Counted from the stretch's first letter, positions 20,410-31,211 are shown. The stretch is DNA of 64,000 bases from Candidatus Sysuiplasma jiujiangense (GCA_019721075.1 JAHEAD010000014.1:404-64403), one strand, 5' to 3'. Numbers and translations: made by a program. Notes: generated by a model not told the origin, from the sequence alone.

Positions 20410-21236
20410 TCACAGGGAAAAAAGCGAACATTTCCACAGCCTCCACAGAGGCAGGGAGATATTCGTACTTCCAGGTGATTGGATGTTACTGGTGCGGGAG
20501 CGTTCGAGGATTCCTGTTTCAGCGCTGTTGCAACATGAAGCGCAGGTATCATGATTCCACCCCAATACACCGATGATGAGACCATGCCAAAGAAGGAGAT
20601 GGTCGCGTTGGTCTCGAGAATCGCTGAAAATTTTTCCGTCCAGCAGAGTGCCGATATGGTTGGCGGTTTCGGTAAAGCATAGCGCCGCCTTAAACAAAAA
20701 GTCGGATCAATTTCAGAGGCTGGCGAAGTTGGACTGAACCGAAGGGTTTTGTGCAAGGAAAAGGCAGTCTGAATCAGACTGAGACGCAGATTGACCGGTT
20801 ACGTGCCGTCAGGTAAGAAGTGATCTCCATGGGAGCGTCTTTGGTCATCAATGTATGCAACGACGCGCTAAGGTATGCTGAAGACAATGAGAATTAGAAA
20901 ATCGGAGAAGCAGTGAAGAGGGCAAACGCACGCAGTGATACCCGAGCGGATTTTGAATATCCGCTGGAACTCACCGATGCAATGACGATTTTGATTTTTG
21001 TCAGAAAACTGAATCTCACGATAAACCTCATGGTGAGTAAGGGCTTGCCGGCGGCGGACCTCAGGCACCTGTGTATTGCGAGAGTCAGCTTCGGGTCCGG
21101 CATTTCCAATGCCGCCATGCGGCTGCTCCGCAGCTCTTCATCAGAGATGCTCGAAAAGGGAATCTACCACCTGGCGACCGATGATGCCATAACCTTCGAC
21201 GAACCGAATTGTCTTGCCGAAATGAAAGGAGTCTGA
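20410..21236 (+). pseudogene. Degraded isocitrate lyase/PEP mutase family gene
   Basis: Across frames: FHSLHRGREIFVLPGDW / DVTGAGAFEDSCFSAVAT*SAGI / EMVALVSRIA..SADMVGGFG / EAGEVGLN / VINVCND / EAVKRANA / ARVSFGSG, collinear with the family; several stops and frameshifts. Confidence 0.7.
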
Positions 21237-21314
21237 GGTCTTCCGCCCGTGCGGGAAATACGCAACTCATTATTTCAGACAACATTCTAATAATGTTCAT
21301 AGAATCAGAGTTTC

Positions 21315-22982
21315 ATGAGATTCGACTTCTCGAAAATATTTCTGAGTTACGGGGTGAATTACTGCACGGATGATTTGCCTCTGAATTTAATGCTTGAACA
21401 CCTGGATTTCGGGCCAGACAATGACATGAGGGAAATGGGGCGCTACATTTCAACTGAGCTCATAGAAAGCGCAACCTATATCGATCATTATGCCAGGCCG
21501 ATACTGAAAACGTGGGATCTCCTTGAAGGAAGGATGGACGGCGTCTGGCTCTCAAAGGACCATTACAGAATACTGCAGAAATTGCAGGAATTCGGCACGG
21601 TCCGGAAGATTTTCAGCAGCAGGAACCTGATGTACCACTTTGTTTCAGGCTACCTTATATCAGATTCAGGCATCTTCTGCACCCTTACGCTCACCGCACA
21701 GACCGCCTACGCATTGTGGAAATATGCTGACGACGGAACAAGAGAATCCTTTCTTCCGAAATTCCTTGAGCCTGATAACCCCTGGTATGGTGCCACGTAC
21801 TATTCAGAAATACAGGGAGGCAGCGATCTTGGCAGCAACAGTACCGCGGCCGAGAACAGGAACGGAAAGTGGGAAGTAAACGGCAGTGACAAATATTTCG
21901 CAAGCAATGCAGGCATTGCCGACGGTTCAATCGTTACTGCTCGCATCGCCGGTGCGCCGTCCGGCGCAAAGGGCATTTCCATATTCTTTGTCCCTGCGCT
22001 CAGGAGGGACGGAAAAAGCAACTACAGGATCAGGCGCCTGAAGGACAAACTCGGAACAGTGGCAGTCCCCACCGGAGAGGTGGAGCTGGAGAGTTCAGAG
22101 GCATATCTGCTCGGAGACACAAAGAACGGGATTTACCAGGCGCTGGAATTGCTGACAATATCAAGGATCGATGATGCCCTGGCCGCGGTTGGAATGGCAA
22201 GGAAGGCACTCTGGGAAGCGTATCTTTACGCGGCAAAGCGGAAGGCGTTCGGGAAGGCAATCATCGAGCATCCGCTCCTCAAAAGGGATTTCCTTGAGAT
22301 GGAATCGGATCTTGAAGGAGCGCTCATCCTTTCGCTGCTTGCGGCGCGAAATTTCTCCCTTGCAATAGAATCCAGGCCGCCGTACGATGACACATATCAC
22401 TATGCAAGAATGCTCTCGCACATTGCAAAAAACATGGCATCTGAGACCGGGTCCGAGATAACGAGATACATGCTGGAGGTCATAGGAGGAAAAGGTTTTT
22501 TCGCTGAATTTCCGATGGAAAAGTTCCACAGGGATGCAATCGTCACATCCATCTGGGAGGGAACAAGCAACATACAGGCACTAGATCTGCTGGAAATCCT
22601 GAGCAGGAAACATACCCACGAGCGCCTCTTTTCAGACCTCTTTGCCCTGGCTGACGTTTTTCATGACAGCGAACTGAGGGATCGCATCTTAAACCGGATC
22701 AGGGAAACAAGACGGGATGTGGTGTCATTGCTTCAATCCGACAAACCGGAATTTTATGGAAAGGACATCATTGGAAGGCTTGGCCACATTACTGCCGCAG
22801 TCCACCTCACTGCCGTTGCAGAAAGGTCCGGATCCGCCGAACTCAGAACTGCAGCGGAAATATATTCCATTAGGCATGTGGAAAAGGGCGAAGTCCTCCG
22901 GCCCGAAATACTGGCCAGGGGGGAAACGCTCAACTGGATGCTTCAGAGAGGCGATAATATGAAAAGAGGTAATAAGAAATGA
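21315..22982 (+). CDS. Acyl-CoA dehydrogenase (AidB-like subgroup)
   Basis: SEIQGGSDLG, KYFASN, RRLKDKLGT.AVPTGEVE, R.AFG, IWEGTSNI. Confidence 0.92.
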   Translation: MRFDFSKIFLSYGVNYCTDDLPLNLMLEHLDFGPDNDMREMGRYISTELIESATYIDHYARPILKTWDLLEGRMDGVWLSKDHYRILQKLQEFGTVRKIFSSRNLMYHFVSGYLISDSGIFCTLTLTAQTAYALWKYADDGTRESFLPKFLEPDNPWYGATYYSEIQGGSDLGSNSTAAENRNGKWEVNGSDKYFASNAGIADGSIVTARIAGAPSGAKGISIFFVPALRRDGKSNYRIRRLKDKLGTVAVPTGEVELESSEAYLLGDTKNGIYQALELLTISRIDDALAAVGMARKALWEAYLYAAKRKAFGKAIIEHPLLKRDFLEMESDLEGALILSLLAARNFSLAIESRPPYDDTYHYARMLSHIAKNMASETGSEITRYMLEVIGGKGFFAEFPMEKFHRDAIVTSIWEGTSNIQALDLLEILSRKHTHERLFSDLFALADVFHDSELRDRILNRIRETRRDVVSLLQSDKPEFYGKDIIGRLGHITAAVHLTAVAERSGSAELRTAAEIYSIRHVEKGEVLRPEILARGETLNWMLQRGDNMKRGNKK

Positions 22983-24514
22983 ACAATCTGACGATACCCT
23001 CGGTATGGCACAAGACAGTGACCGATCGGCCTGATGAAAAAATAGTGTTCAGAGGAATGGAGGTGCCCTACGCAGAGGCGTACGCGCTTGCTTGCGGCTT
23101 CAGGAGGCATGCGCTGTTTGAAAAGCTGAATGACGGCGATGTGGTCGCCAGCATAGACTTCAACACGCTTGACAATTTCCTCATGCACACGTGCGTTCCG
23201 GCAAACGGTCTCGTGTTCGCACCGATCAACCCGATGCTGCCATCCAGTACAATACGTTCGGTGCTGAAGGAACTCGATCCGCGGATTGTCTTTGTAAACA
23301 GGGAACTTTCAAAAAATCTGGACCTGGACGAAGCGCCAGCACGTATTTTGGAAACGGATGGGAAATGGATATATGACAATATAAGCGCAGGCACTGACGA
23401 TTCAGGCTTCTCGCATGTATCCGAAAATTCGGGGGCTGTAATTGTTCTGACTTCCGGGACTACCGGTCCACCCAAGAAAATCCTCTATCCGCACAGGAAC
23501 ATAGTTCTTACAATAATGGCGATGTCGCATCTGCTGGCCTCAGTGGAGGGGCCGGCAACGTTGCGATCGGAGGACGTGATTTTTGATCTGATACCTCTCT
23601 ACCACCTGTTCGGATGGGGGAGCGCGTACATCGCGCCTCTGCTCGGAACCAGGATCATACTCGACGGCAGATTCGACCCCGCTTCTGTGCTCAAAAAGAT
23701 TGGAGAGGAGAATGTTACCTGGTTCAACTGCGTCCCCACTATGATTCATTTCCTCCTGGAAAGCGACAGAAACGGAGTACTGAAGGGCAGGAAGATACTG
23801 CTCGGCGGCTCCACAATACCGCAGGGTCTCAGTGACAGAATACTGAAGGCCGGCATGGAGTTTGCATCCATATACGGTTTTTCCGACGGACTCGTCGCGG
23901 GCATTGGCAGGGCGAGCAGCAGAGAGAAGGGCGAATCGCCTGAGGCTATAGAGGATAGGCTGAGGAGATCTGTCACAATAGCACCGTTCGCAAGAGTGGA
24001 TATCAGAAAGCTTGACAACTCGGATTACGGCGAAATATATTTTTCGGCACCCTGGCTTCCGGAAGGGTATATGAACGACCCGGGCAGAACGCAGATGGCT
24101 TACGTGAACGGATACTTCCGAACAGGAGACATAGGTTTCATAGATGCATTCGGGAGACTCGTCATAGTCGACAGGGTGGGGGATATGATAAAAAGCGGCG
24201 GTGAATGGATACCCTCCTCGTCAGTTGAGGCACTTGTTTCCACTCATGGAGCGGTCGCATCGTGCGCCGTTGTCGGCATACCCGATGAAAAATGGGGAGA
24301 GAGGCCTGTCTGCTTTATAATACCGAAGAAGGGTACAGCGCCTTCTGCAGGCGATATTGCGGAGCATCTGAACGCCATGGTTCCTGACAGAATTGTGAAA
24401 TGGTGGATTCCCGACAGGTTCATTTTCACAGACCAGTTTCCTGTGACAGGCACCGGAAAAATCGACAAGAGGGAATTGAAGAATACCGCAATGCGCAACA
24501 AGCCTGCTGAATGA
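22979..24514 (+). CDS. AMP-dependent acyl-CoA synthetase (fatty-acid/aryl CoA ligase family)
   Basis: TSGTTGPPK, FRTGD, DR..DMIKSGGEWI, KWGERP, TGKIDK; 4-nt overlap with the upstream gene. Confidence 0.9.
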   Translation: MNNLTIPSVWHKTVTDRPDEKIVFRGMEVPYAEAYALACGFRRHALFEKLNDGDVVASIDFNTLDNFLMHTCVPANGLVFAPINPMLPSSTIRSVLKELDPRIVFVNRELSKNLDLDEAPARILETDGKWIYDNISAGTDDSGFSHVSENSGAVIVLTSGTTGPPKKILYPHRNIVLTIMAMSHLLASVEGPATLRSEDVIFDLIPLYHLFGWGSAYIAPLLGTRIILDGRFDPASVLKKIGEENVTWFNCVPTMIHFLLESDRNGVLKGRKILLGGSTIPQGLSDRILKAGMEFASIYGFSDGLVAGIGRASSREKGESPEAIEDRLRRSVTIAPFARVDIRKLDNSDYGEIYFSAPWLPEGYMNDPGRTQMAYVNGYFRTGDIGFIDAFGRLVIVDRVGDMIKSGGEWIPSSSVEALVSTHGAVASCAVVGIPDEKWGERPVCFIIPKKGTAPSAGDIAEHLNAMVPDRIVKWWIPDRFIFTDQFPVTGTGKIDKRELKNTAMRNKPAE

Positions 24515-24617
24515 GCGGACAGGCGGGTGCAGAAGACCACTGGCGCAGGGCAGGAAGTGCCTGCGAACCCCCGCAGGTTTCCATGAATTCAAATAGACAT
24601 TGGGAACTGTTGCAATT

Positions 24618-25532
24618 ATGCAGAAAGTTGCTGACGGCATATATTATCTTTCGACAGTCGGTGTTCCACCCACCACTTCCATCTATCTGGTGGAAAACGA
24701 CGGTGAGTGGGCTATTTTCGAGCCGGGACCGAATTCCGGGGCTCAGGCAATCACGGAAGCGCTGGGTGCCAACGGCATCAGCCCCAGTGAGGTGAAGTAC
24801 CTCATTGTTTCGCACATACATCTGGATCATGCAGGCGCCTCCGCCTCGCTCCTGGGCGCCTATCCGCAGTCGAAGCTGATCGTATACAGGGGTGCGGCCA
24901 GGCATCTTACGGATCCGTCCAAACTCATAGCTTCATCTTCATCCATTCTCGGTCCGTTGTTTGAGGCGTGGGGCGGGATGCCTTCCGTGCCCGCAGGAAG
25001 GATAATCGAAGCAGCAGACGGTCAGGTATTCAAGATAGGGGACATGCCGCTCAGAATACTGTATACTCCCGGACATTCCCCCTACCATCTTTCCGTATGG
25101 GCGGAAGAAACAGGTGCATTGTTCACCGGCGATGCTGTTGGAATGTACGTGAGGGAAAAAAATTCACTCTGGCCGGCGAGCCCCCTGCCTTCATTCAGGC
25201 TGGACATGGAGATGGATACCCTGAGGAAATTCGAAAGCCTCGGACCCGACGTCCTGCTCATTCCGCATTTCGAACCGGTGCCGGATCCGGAGCATTTCAT
25301 AGGCATGAATGTGGAAACATATTCAGACTGGCATGAACTGCTCGGAAACCTGAAGGAGAGTGACAGTCAGGATACCGCTGCAGAAACAATACTCCGCTCA
25401 GTGAAAAATTATGACTGGGTAAGAGACAACACACTGGACTGGCACATGTTCAATATGCACGTGTCCGGATTCCTCCAGTATGAGAGGACGGCAAAACAGC
25501 CGCCATCCGACGCATCCGGCACTTCCCGCTGA
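24618..25532 (+). CDS. MBL-fold metallo-hydrolase
   Basis: SHIHLDHAG, TPGHSPYH, FTGD, PHF motifs. Confidence 0.9.
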   Translation: MQKVADGIYYLSTVGVPPTTSIYLVENDGEWAIFEPGPNSGAQAITEALGANGISPSEVKYLIVSHIHLDHAGASASLLGAYPQSKLIVYRGAARHLTDPSKLIASSSSILGPLFEAWGGMPSVPAGRIIEAADGQVFKIGDMPLRILYTPGHSPYHLSVWAEETGALFTGDAVGMYVREKNSLWPASPLPSFRLDMEMDTLRKFESLGPDVLLIPHFEPVPDPEHFIGMNVETYSDWHELLGNLKESDSQDTAAETILRSVKNYDWVRDNTLDWHMFNMHVSGFLQYERTAKQPPSDASGTSR

Positions 25533-25548
25533 GATGCACCCGGAAAAA

Positions 25549-27039
25549 CTATTCCGGAACAACCAGTCCGTACGCGATATCTTCTATTGCGCCGCTTCCG
25601 CTGTTGACAAAAAGATGCCTGGTCTGTGTGTATTCAAGTATACCCTCATGCCCAAGCTCCCTTCCCACCCCGCTTTCCTTGAATCCGCCCCTGGGCGCAG
25701 CGGCAGAGAGGAGATGATAGTCATTTATCCATACAGTTCCCGCATCTATCTGCTTTCCGACACGCAGAGCCTTACTGATGTCTCTTGTCCAGACGCCGGA
25801 TGCAAGCCCGTAGACTGTATTATTCGCTGTTTCCACGGCATCCCTCTCGCTGTCGAACTCGGTGACGGAAAGCACCGGGCCGAACACCTCCTCGCGCCCT
25901 AGTTCCATCCCGGGTGTGACACCGGACAGGAGCAGAGGCGGATAATAGAAGCCGCCTTCAGGAACAAGTTTTCCAAGCTCTTTCCTGAAAAGCACGTTTG
26001 CGCCGTCCCGCAGCGCTCTTTCAACCATTCCCTCGATCTTGTTCTTCTGTTCCAGAGTGGTTATGGCACTTATGTCTGTCGGCATATCCAAAGGATTTCC
26101 AGGTTTCATATGAGCAAGCATTCCCCTGATCCTCTCAACAAATTCGTTCTTTATTCCCCTCTGCACAAGCAGCCTGCTCCCTGATTCGCAGAGCTGGCCG
26201 GAGTTGAGGTAGATGCCGAAGACAACACCCTTTGCCGCCCTCTCCAGATCCGCATCCTCAAAGACGATGTTCGGTGACTTCCCGCCGAGCTCCAGCGTCG
26301 TCTTTTTAATTGCGGAAGACGCACTTGCTAGAATCTTTTTTCCCGTGGAGGTCGAGCCTGTGAAGCTTAGCATATTGACCTTTCCGTTTCGTGCAAGGGT
26401 ATCTCCAACCACGCTCCCCTCTCCGGTAATGACATTGAGCACTCCGGGCGGCATGCCGGCAGCATTGGCGTCCTTCGCCAGCTCGAAGGCGGTCAGAGGA
26501 GTGTAGTGCGAGGGCTTGAGAACAACCGTGTTGCCGGCAAGAAGGGCCGGTGCTACCTTCCAGACAGCCATCAGCAGCGGCACGTTCCATGGAGCTATTG
26601 CAGCAACGACACCCATCGGCGCATGCTGAACAACGCCCCTGGTGCCGGGATATTCAGGGTGCGCAATCCTCCTTGAAAAATTAAACTTCACACCGGAAAA
26701 ATAGCGCATGTGTTCAATCGCAAGCGGGATATCCATCAGAAGACTCTGCCTGAAAACCTTTCCGGTGTTCAGCGATTCAAGCCTTGCGTACTCATCGGCC
26801 CTCGACTGCATCCGTTCTGCCAGTTTCAGAATCAGCTCTCTCCTTCTTTTCGGCGGTGTTCTGCGCCAGACCCTGTGGAACGATTCGGCGGCAGAGTCGA
26901 CGGCCTCACCGGCCTTCCGCACATCAGCCATGACGGCAGTGGCAAGCGGAGAACCGTCAACCGGGCTGTATATGAGTGACTGCTCTCCGTCGAAATCCCA
27001 TTGTCCCCCGATGAAATTTCCGTACGCAGGCAGGCTCAT
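25549..27039 (-). CDS. NAD(P)-dependent aldehyde dehydrogenase
   Basis: PWNVP, FTGST, LELGGKSP, GQLC catalytic Cys, EEVFGPV. Confidence 0.95.
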   Translation of the reverse strand: MSLPAYGNFIGGQWDFDGEQSLIYSPVDGSPLATAVMADVRKAGEAVDSAAESFHRVWRRTPPKRRRELILKLAERMQSRADEYARLESLNTGKVFRQSLLMDIPLAIEHMRYFSGVKFNFSRRIAHPEYPGTRGVVQHAPMGVVAAIAPWNVPLLMAVWKVAPALLAGNTVVLKPSHYTPLTAFELAKDANAAGMPPGVLNVITGEGSVVGDTLARNGKVNMLSFTGSTSTGKKILASASSAIKKTTLELGGKSPNIVFEDADLERAAKGVVFGIYLNSGQLCESGSRLLVQRGIKNEFVERIRGMLAHMKPGNPLDMPTDISAITTLEQKNKIEGMVERALRDGANVLFRKELGKLVPEGGFYYPPLLLSGVTPGMELGREEVFGPVLSVTEFDSERDAVETANNTVYGLASGVWTRDISKALRVGKQIDAGTVWINDYHLLSAAAPRGGFKESGVGRELGHEGILEYTQTRHLFVNSGSGAIEDIAYGLVVPE

Positions 27040-28172
27040 GCCTTCCCCTCCAGAGCCTGCCGGAAGAATTCCTTGAGCTGAGCCGAATCCGCGTCCCTCG
27101 GATTTGTTGTAATTCCCGTCGACTCCATGGCCATGTCCGCCATTCCGTCAATTCCGGCAACGTAATCATCAGCATCGATTCCCATCCCGTCCAGGGAGAT
27201 CGGCTGCCCTATTTCGGAAAAGAACGAAATCAGCGATTCGTCCAGCCGCGCTCTCCTGTGGCGGACAGGCATTAGCCGGTTGAGCCAGTCGTACTTCTCC
27301 CTTTGCACCCCATAGTTGAAGTTTACGACATAAGGGAGAAACAGTCCAACAGCCTTGCCGTGCGCGACATGGTATCTGGCGCCAAGTGCGTGCCCCAGCG
27401 CATGTGCAAGCCCTATCTGCGAGTTCGAAAATGCGAGTCCGGCCATGGATGCGGCCACATGGACCATCCCCCTCAAATGCAGATCCGAAGGCTTTTTAAT
27501 AACTTCGGGCAGAAATCCGGTCAGCATCTGGAACGACTTTTCCGCGAGTGCGTCTGAATATGGATTCTGCCATGTGCTCACATGCGCCTCGACAGCATGT
27601 GTAACTGCATCCACTGCCGTATTTCTTGTCTGCTCCGGCGGAAGCGAAACTACCATCTCCGGATCGAGTATTGAGATATCCGGCAGTATCTCGGGCGAGG
27701 CGAGTTCGTTCTTGCGCTTCTCCCCGGACTCAGTGACAACTGCTGCCCAGCTGCAGTCTGAACCTGTACCGCTGGTCGTGGGTATAGCGATCAGCCTGCT
27801 CCTTTTCCTGAGCTCCAGATGAACCAGAGGGGTTATGTCGTAAAAACTGATGTCGGGTCGCTCATAGAGCGCGAAGAGCACCTTCGCGGTGTCAATTGTC
27901 GATCCGCCTCCGAGCGCTATGAACCAGTCCGGAGCGAAGGACCGTATCTTATCCGAATGTCTGTTCATCTGGCTGAAGGTGGGTTCCTCCGGTATGTCCC
28001 CCACGAAAATATGTTTCGACTCAGCCGGAAGCGCGGAGACGACCTTCGCAGGCAGCTGCGTCTGCATCAGATTCCTGTCAACAACGATAACAGCCCTGGC
28101 GATATCGATAGTTGAAAGGTATGTGAGTGCATCTTCGCCGTATGCAATCTGGGGGGAGCGGAAAAACCACAT
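27036..28172 (-). CDS. Iron-containing alcohol dehydrogenase
   Basis: GGGSTID, PTTSGTGS, DAVTHAVE, HALGH, HG. Confidence 0.93.
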   Translation of the reverse strand: MWFFRSPQIAYGEDALTYLSTIDIARAVIVVDRNLMQTQLPAKVVSALPAESKHIFVGDIPEEPTFSQMNRHSDKIRSFAPDWFIALGGGSTIDTAKVLFALYERPDISFYDITPLVHLELRKRSRLIAIPTTSGTGSDCSWAAVVTESGEKRKNELASPEILPDISILDPEMVVSLPPEQTRNTAVDAVTHAVEAHVSTWQNPYSDALAEKSFQMLTGFLPEVIKKPSDLHLRGMVHVAASMAGLAFSNSQIGLAHALGHALGARYHVAHGKAVGLFLPYVVNFNYGVQREKYDWLNRLMPVRHRRARLDESLISFFSEIGQPISLDGMGIDADDYVAGIDGMADMAMESTGITTNPRDADSAQLKEFFRQALEGKA

Positions 28173-28180
28173 TGCAGACC

Positions 28181-28591
28181 TCAGAATTCCGTATCCACCA
28201 TCGTAGCAGTATTGACCATTTCCTTTGCTGCCCTGCTGTACCGCATAACCTTCATCATTGGTCCCTCAAGCTTGAACTTCCCTGTCAGTATGCCCTGGAT
28301 GGGATCAATCTGCCTGTTGATCAGCTTTTTCCAGTTCTCGTACGGACCCCTGTACCTGAATTCTGAACCCGGCAATGAGGCCTCATCCTCGAAATATCCA
28401 TGCTTCCTGCACTCTCCATGATACAGATCAAGATAGATGTATGAATTTCTCGGAAAACTGCCGTCTTTTTCGACGACGAAAATTATGTCGCCTTCCCATG
28501 TCTTTCCGGCATCCCTGTAACTGGCATTTGAATTCAGTTTTTCTGCATATGCATCCACCCATTCCCTGCTCGGAAATTTAGGCATAAGCAT
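28181..28591 (-). CDS. SCP2 sterol/lipid-binding domain protein
   Basis: FPSREW...LN; DPIQGILTGKFKLEG pattern of SCP2 domains. Confidence 0.85.
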   Translation of the reverse strand: MLMPKFPSREWVDAYAEKLNSNASYRDAGKTWEGDIIFVVEKDGSFPRNSYIYLDLYHGECRKHGYFEDEASLPGSEFRYRGPYENWKKLINRQIDPIQGILTGKFKLEGPMMKVMRYSRAAKEMVNTATMVDTEF

Positions 28592-28713
28592 GCAATAGGA
28601 TTTACGGTATAAACAGGTTATTCTGAATCACATAGGTCATGCCTGCCGTAGACCGTGCCTGCACCGGTTGCTTCCCGGAAAGAGATTTAAGCCGCCTCCA
28701 GCATTGATGTGGC

Positions 28714-29658
28714 ATGCAGATACTTGCAGTCCTGCCTTCTTTTTTGCCTGTGAATGACATACGGCGCAGCGTCTCTGCACTCCTTCCTGAAATCAGGATC
28801 GAAACGGACTTCGATGCAGTCGAAACTGAAGCATTGGAAACGGTTGAAGTTCTCGTTGTTACAGCCTTCACGCCTGTGGGAAAAGACGTAATCGGGAGAC
28901 TGAAATCTGTCAGATTCATACAGGTTGCAAGCACCGGTTACAACAACATCGATCTCCAGTCCTGCAGGCAGAGAGGTATCGCAGTCTCCAATATTCAGGG
29001 AGCAAATTCGAAGAGCGTTGCAGAACATGTGATAATGTGTGCACTCGTTCTGCTCAGGGATCTGAAAAGGCAGGACATGTTAATCCGGAACGGCGACTGG
29101 CCAGTTATTTCTGGCTCATTCGATCTGGCAGGCAAGATCTTCGGCATAGTAGGAATGGGAAGAATCGGAAGGGAGGTCTCTTCATGCCTTGTTCCCTTCG
29201 AGGTATCGACAGTCTATTACGACATCGTTCCGCTCGACGGACAGGAGGAGAGGAGGCTCGGAGCTGTACGTGTTGAGCTCGGGGAACTGCTGCAGAATGC
29301 CGACATAATAACACTTCACCTCCCTCTCAATGCCGGCACAAGGGGAATAATTTCTGCCGATTCTCTGAATCACATGAAGGACGGTGCCATCATAATCAAC
29401 ACGGCGAGAGCGGAACTCATAGATTACGATGCACTGATCAGGTACCTCAAGGCAGGAAAGATAAGGGCTGCCCTGGACGTATACCCACAGGAACCCCCGG
29501 ACTTCTCATCGGGACTGTTCAGGGAGGAGGAAACAGTTTTCACACCGCACAACGCAGGTGTGACGATGGAGGCGCAGCAGAGAATACTGGCAGAAACAAT
29601 ATCCAACGTGCTGAGATACATTCAGGGGAAGAAGCCGCTCTATGGAGTGGAGCAATGA
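28714..29658 (+). CDS. D-isomer-specific 2-hydroxyacid dehydrogenase
   Basis: SVAEH, GIVGMGRIG, LHLPL, INTARA, LDVY.QEP, TPH.AG. Confidence 0.93.
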   Translation: MQILAVLPSFLPVNDIRRSVSALLPEIRIETDFDAVETEALETVEVLVVTAFTPVGKDVIGRLKSVRFIQVASTGYNNIDLQSCRQRGIAVSNIQGANSKSVAEHVIMCALVLLRDLKRQDMLIRNGDWPVISGSFDLAGKIFGIVGMGRIGREVSSCLVPFEVSTVYYDIVPLDGQEERRLGAVRVELGELLQNADIITLHLPLNAGTRGIISADSLNHMKDGAIIINTARAELIDYDALIRYLKAGKIRAALDVYPQEPPDFSSGLFREEETVFTPHNAGVTMEAQQRILAETISNVLRYIQGKKPLYGVEQ

Positions 29659-31211
29659 GAGCCTCAGAGGCAATATCTGAATTCCTGTCCAGAAACGGCA
29701 TCGGTGAGTCATTCGGAAATCCTGGAACTACCGAACTTTCATTCATCGAAACAATGAAACAGCGCTACATACTAACGCTGTATGATGCGATTGCTGTGGG
29801 AGCGGCGGACTGTCTTTCCCAGGTGGACAGATCACCTGCGCTTGTGAACCTCCATGCAGCCCCCGGACTTGGCCATTCCATAGGCTTCATAGACACTGCG
29901 CGAAGAAACAGAACACCGCTGATCGTGACGGCAGGGCAGCAGGATACAAGGCACATGGAATTCGAACCGCTGCTCTACGGCGACCTTGTATCCATGGTTT
30001 CCACCGTGACCAAATCGGCGATTGAGGTCGGGCGTGCGGATGAAGCTGTGCGCTCATTCCGTGATGCAATCATAACAGCACTGACACCGCCTTCGGGCCC
30101 AGTATTTGTCTCTCTGCCGATGAACATCATGGAGGAAGACTGTGTGGCAGCAGGGGACCTGATCAGTTATGAGATGAAGGCACCGGGAGATCCTGCAATA
30201 GTGGCAGATGAAATCAACAGGTCAGAGAAACCTGCAATTGTCGCCGGATACGAGGTAGATGTTTTTGACGCTTTTGGAGAGCTTGCCATGCTTGCTGAAA
30301 GGCTGGGCGCCCCCATTTACGCCGAACCCCTCTGTTCCAGGTCCCCCGTAAATTCGAACGGACAGTTTGCAGGGAATCTGCTGCCGGCTACCACAGCCAT
30401 AGATGTTGCGCTTTCTGAATATGACACCATAATCCTGGCCGGTGCGGATTTCATACTGTATCCTTATATGTCCTCCCCGCTCCTCGGCGACAAGAACATC
30501 ATCTATCTGGGTTCCGACCCTTCAGTCGCCGGCAGGATTCCGTCAACATATCTGATGGGCAGCATCAGAAGCATACTTTCGGAATTAATCCCGAAAATAG
30601 AGAGGAAGGAGGGCAGGTACGCCCCAAGGAAAGATTATTCAATGGCCAACAGAATTGCGAAGACATCATCTGTGATGGGAGGGGAGTTCGTAATCGACGC
30701 CGTAAGACGGACCTTTCCCGGCCATACACTGGTTGACGAATCCGTCTCCTATTCCCCGCTTGTAAGAGAAATGGGATTCTTCAGGGGAAAGGACAGTTAC
30801 TTTTCCTCGCGGAGCCAGCAGCTGGGATGGGGGATCGCTGCTTCTATTGGCGTGGGTATGCGGAGAAAAGATACCACACTAACCGTCGGCGACGGATCTC
30901 TCATGTATGCGCCGCAGTCATTATGGACGCTGAAAAAATACAGCATACCGGTAAAAATAATAGTCCTGAACAACCACGGCTACGGCATACTGCGCAGTTA
31001 TTCGAAGGCCTATCATGAGTCTCTTACCGGCATAGACTTTCTATCGCCGGACGGCATGGATTTTGAACTCCTTGCTGGGTGTTTCGGCGTAGAGGCCGAC
31101 AGCGTTTCGGGGCCAGAAGAACTGGACAAAAAACTTGCCTGGCTGAGGGACGAGGAAGGGCCATCCCTCCTTAACGTTGAGATGGACAGGGAAGTGCGGA
31201 ATATTTTCTGA
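29655..31211 (+). CDS. ThDP-dependent 2-oxoacid decarboxylase (benzoylformate decarboxylase-like)
   Basis: FGNPGTTEL, NLHAAPGLG, AGQQD, GDGS...NN ThDP motif. Confidence 0.88.
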   Translation: MRASEAISEFLSRNGIGESFGNPGTTELSFIETMKQRYILTLYDAIAVGAADCLSQVDRSPALVNLHAAPGLGHSIGFIDTARRNRTPLIVTAGQQDTRHMEFEPLLYGDLVSMVSTVTKSAIEVGRADEAVRSFRDAIITALTPPSGPVFVSLPMNIMEEDCVAAGDLISYEMKAPGDPAIVADEINRSEKPAIVAGYEVDVFDAFGELAMLAERLGAPIYAEPLCSRSPVNSNGQFAGNLLPATTAIDVALSEYDTIILAGADFILYPYMSSPLLGDKNIIYLGSDPSVAGRIPSTYLMGSIRSILSELIPKIERKEGRYAPRKDYSMANRIAKTSSVMGGEFVIDAVRRTFPGHTLVDESVSYSPLVREMGFFRGKDSYFSSRSQQLGWGIAASIGVGMRRKDTTLTVGDGSLMYAPQSLWTLKKYSIPVKIIVLNNHGYGILRSYSKAYHESLTGIDFLSPDGMDFELLAGCFGVEADSVSGPEELDKKLAWLRDEEGPSLLNVEMDREVRNIF

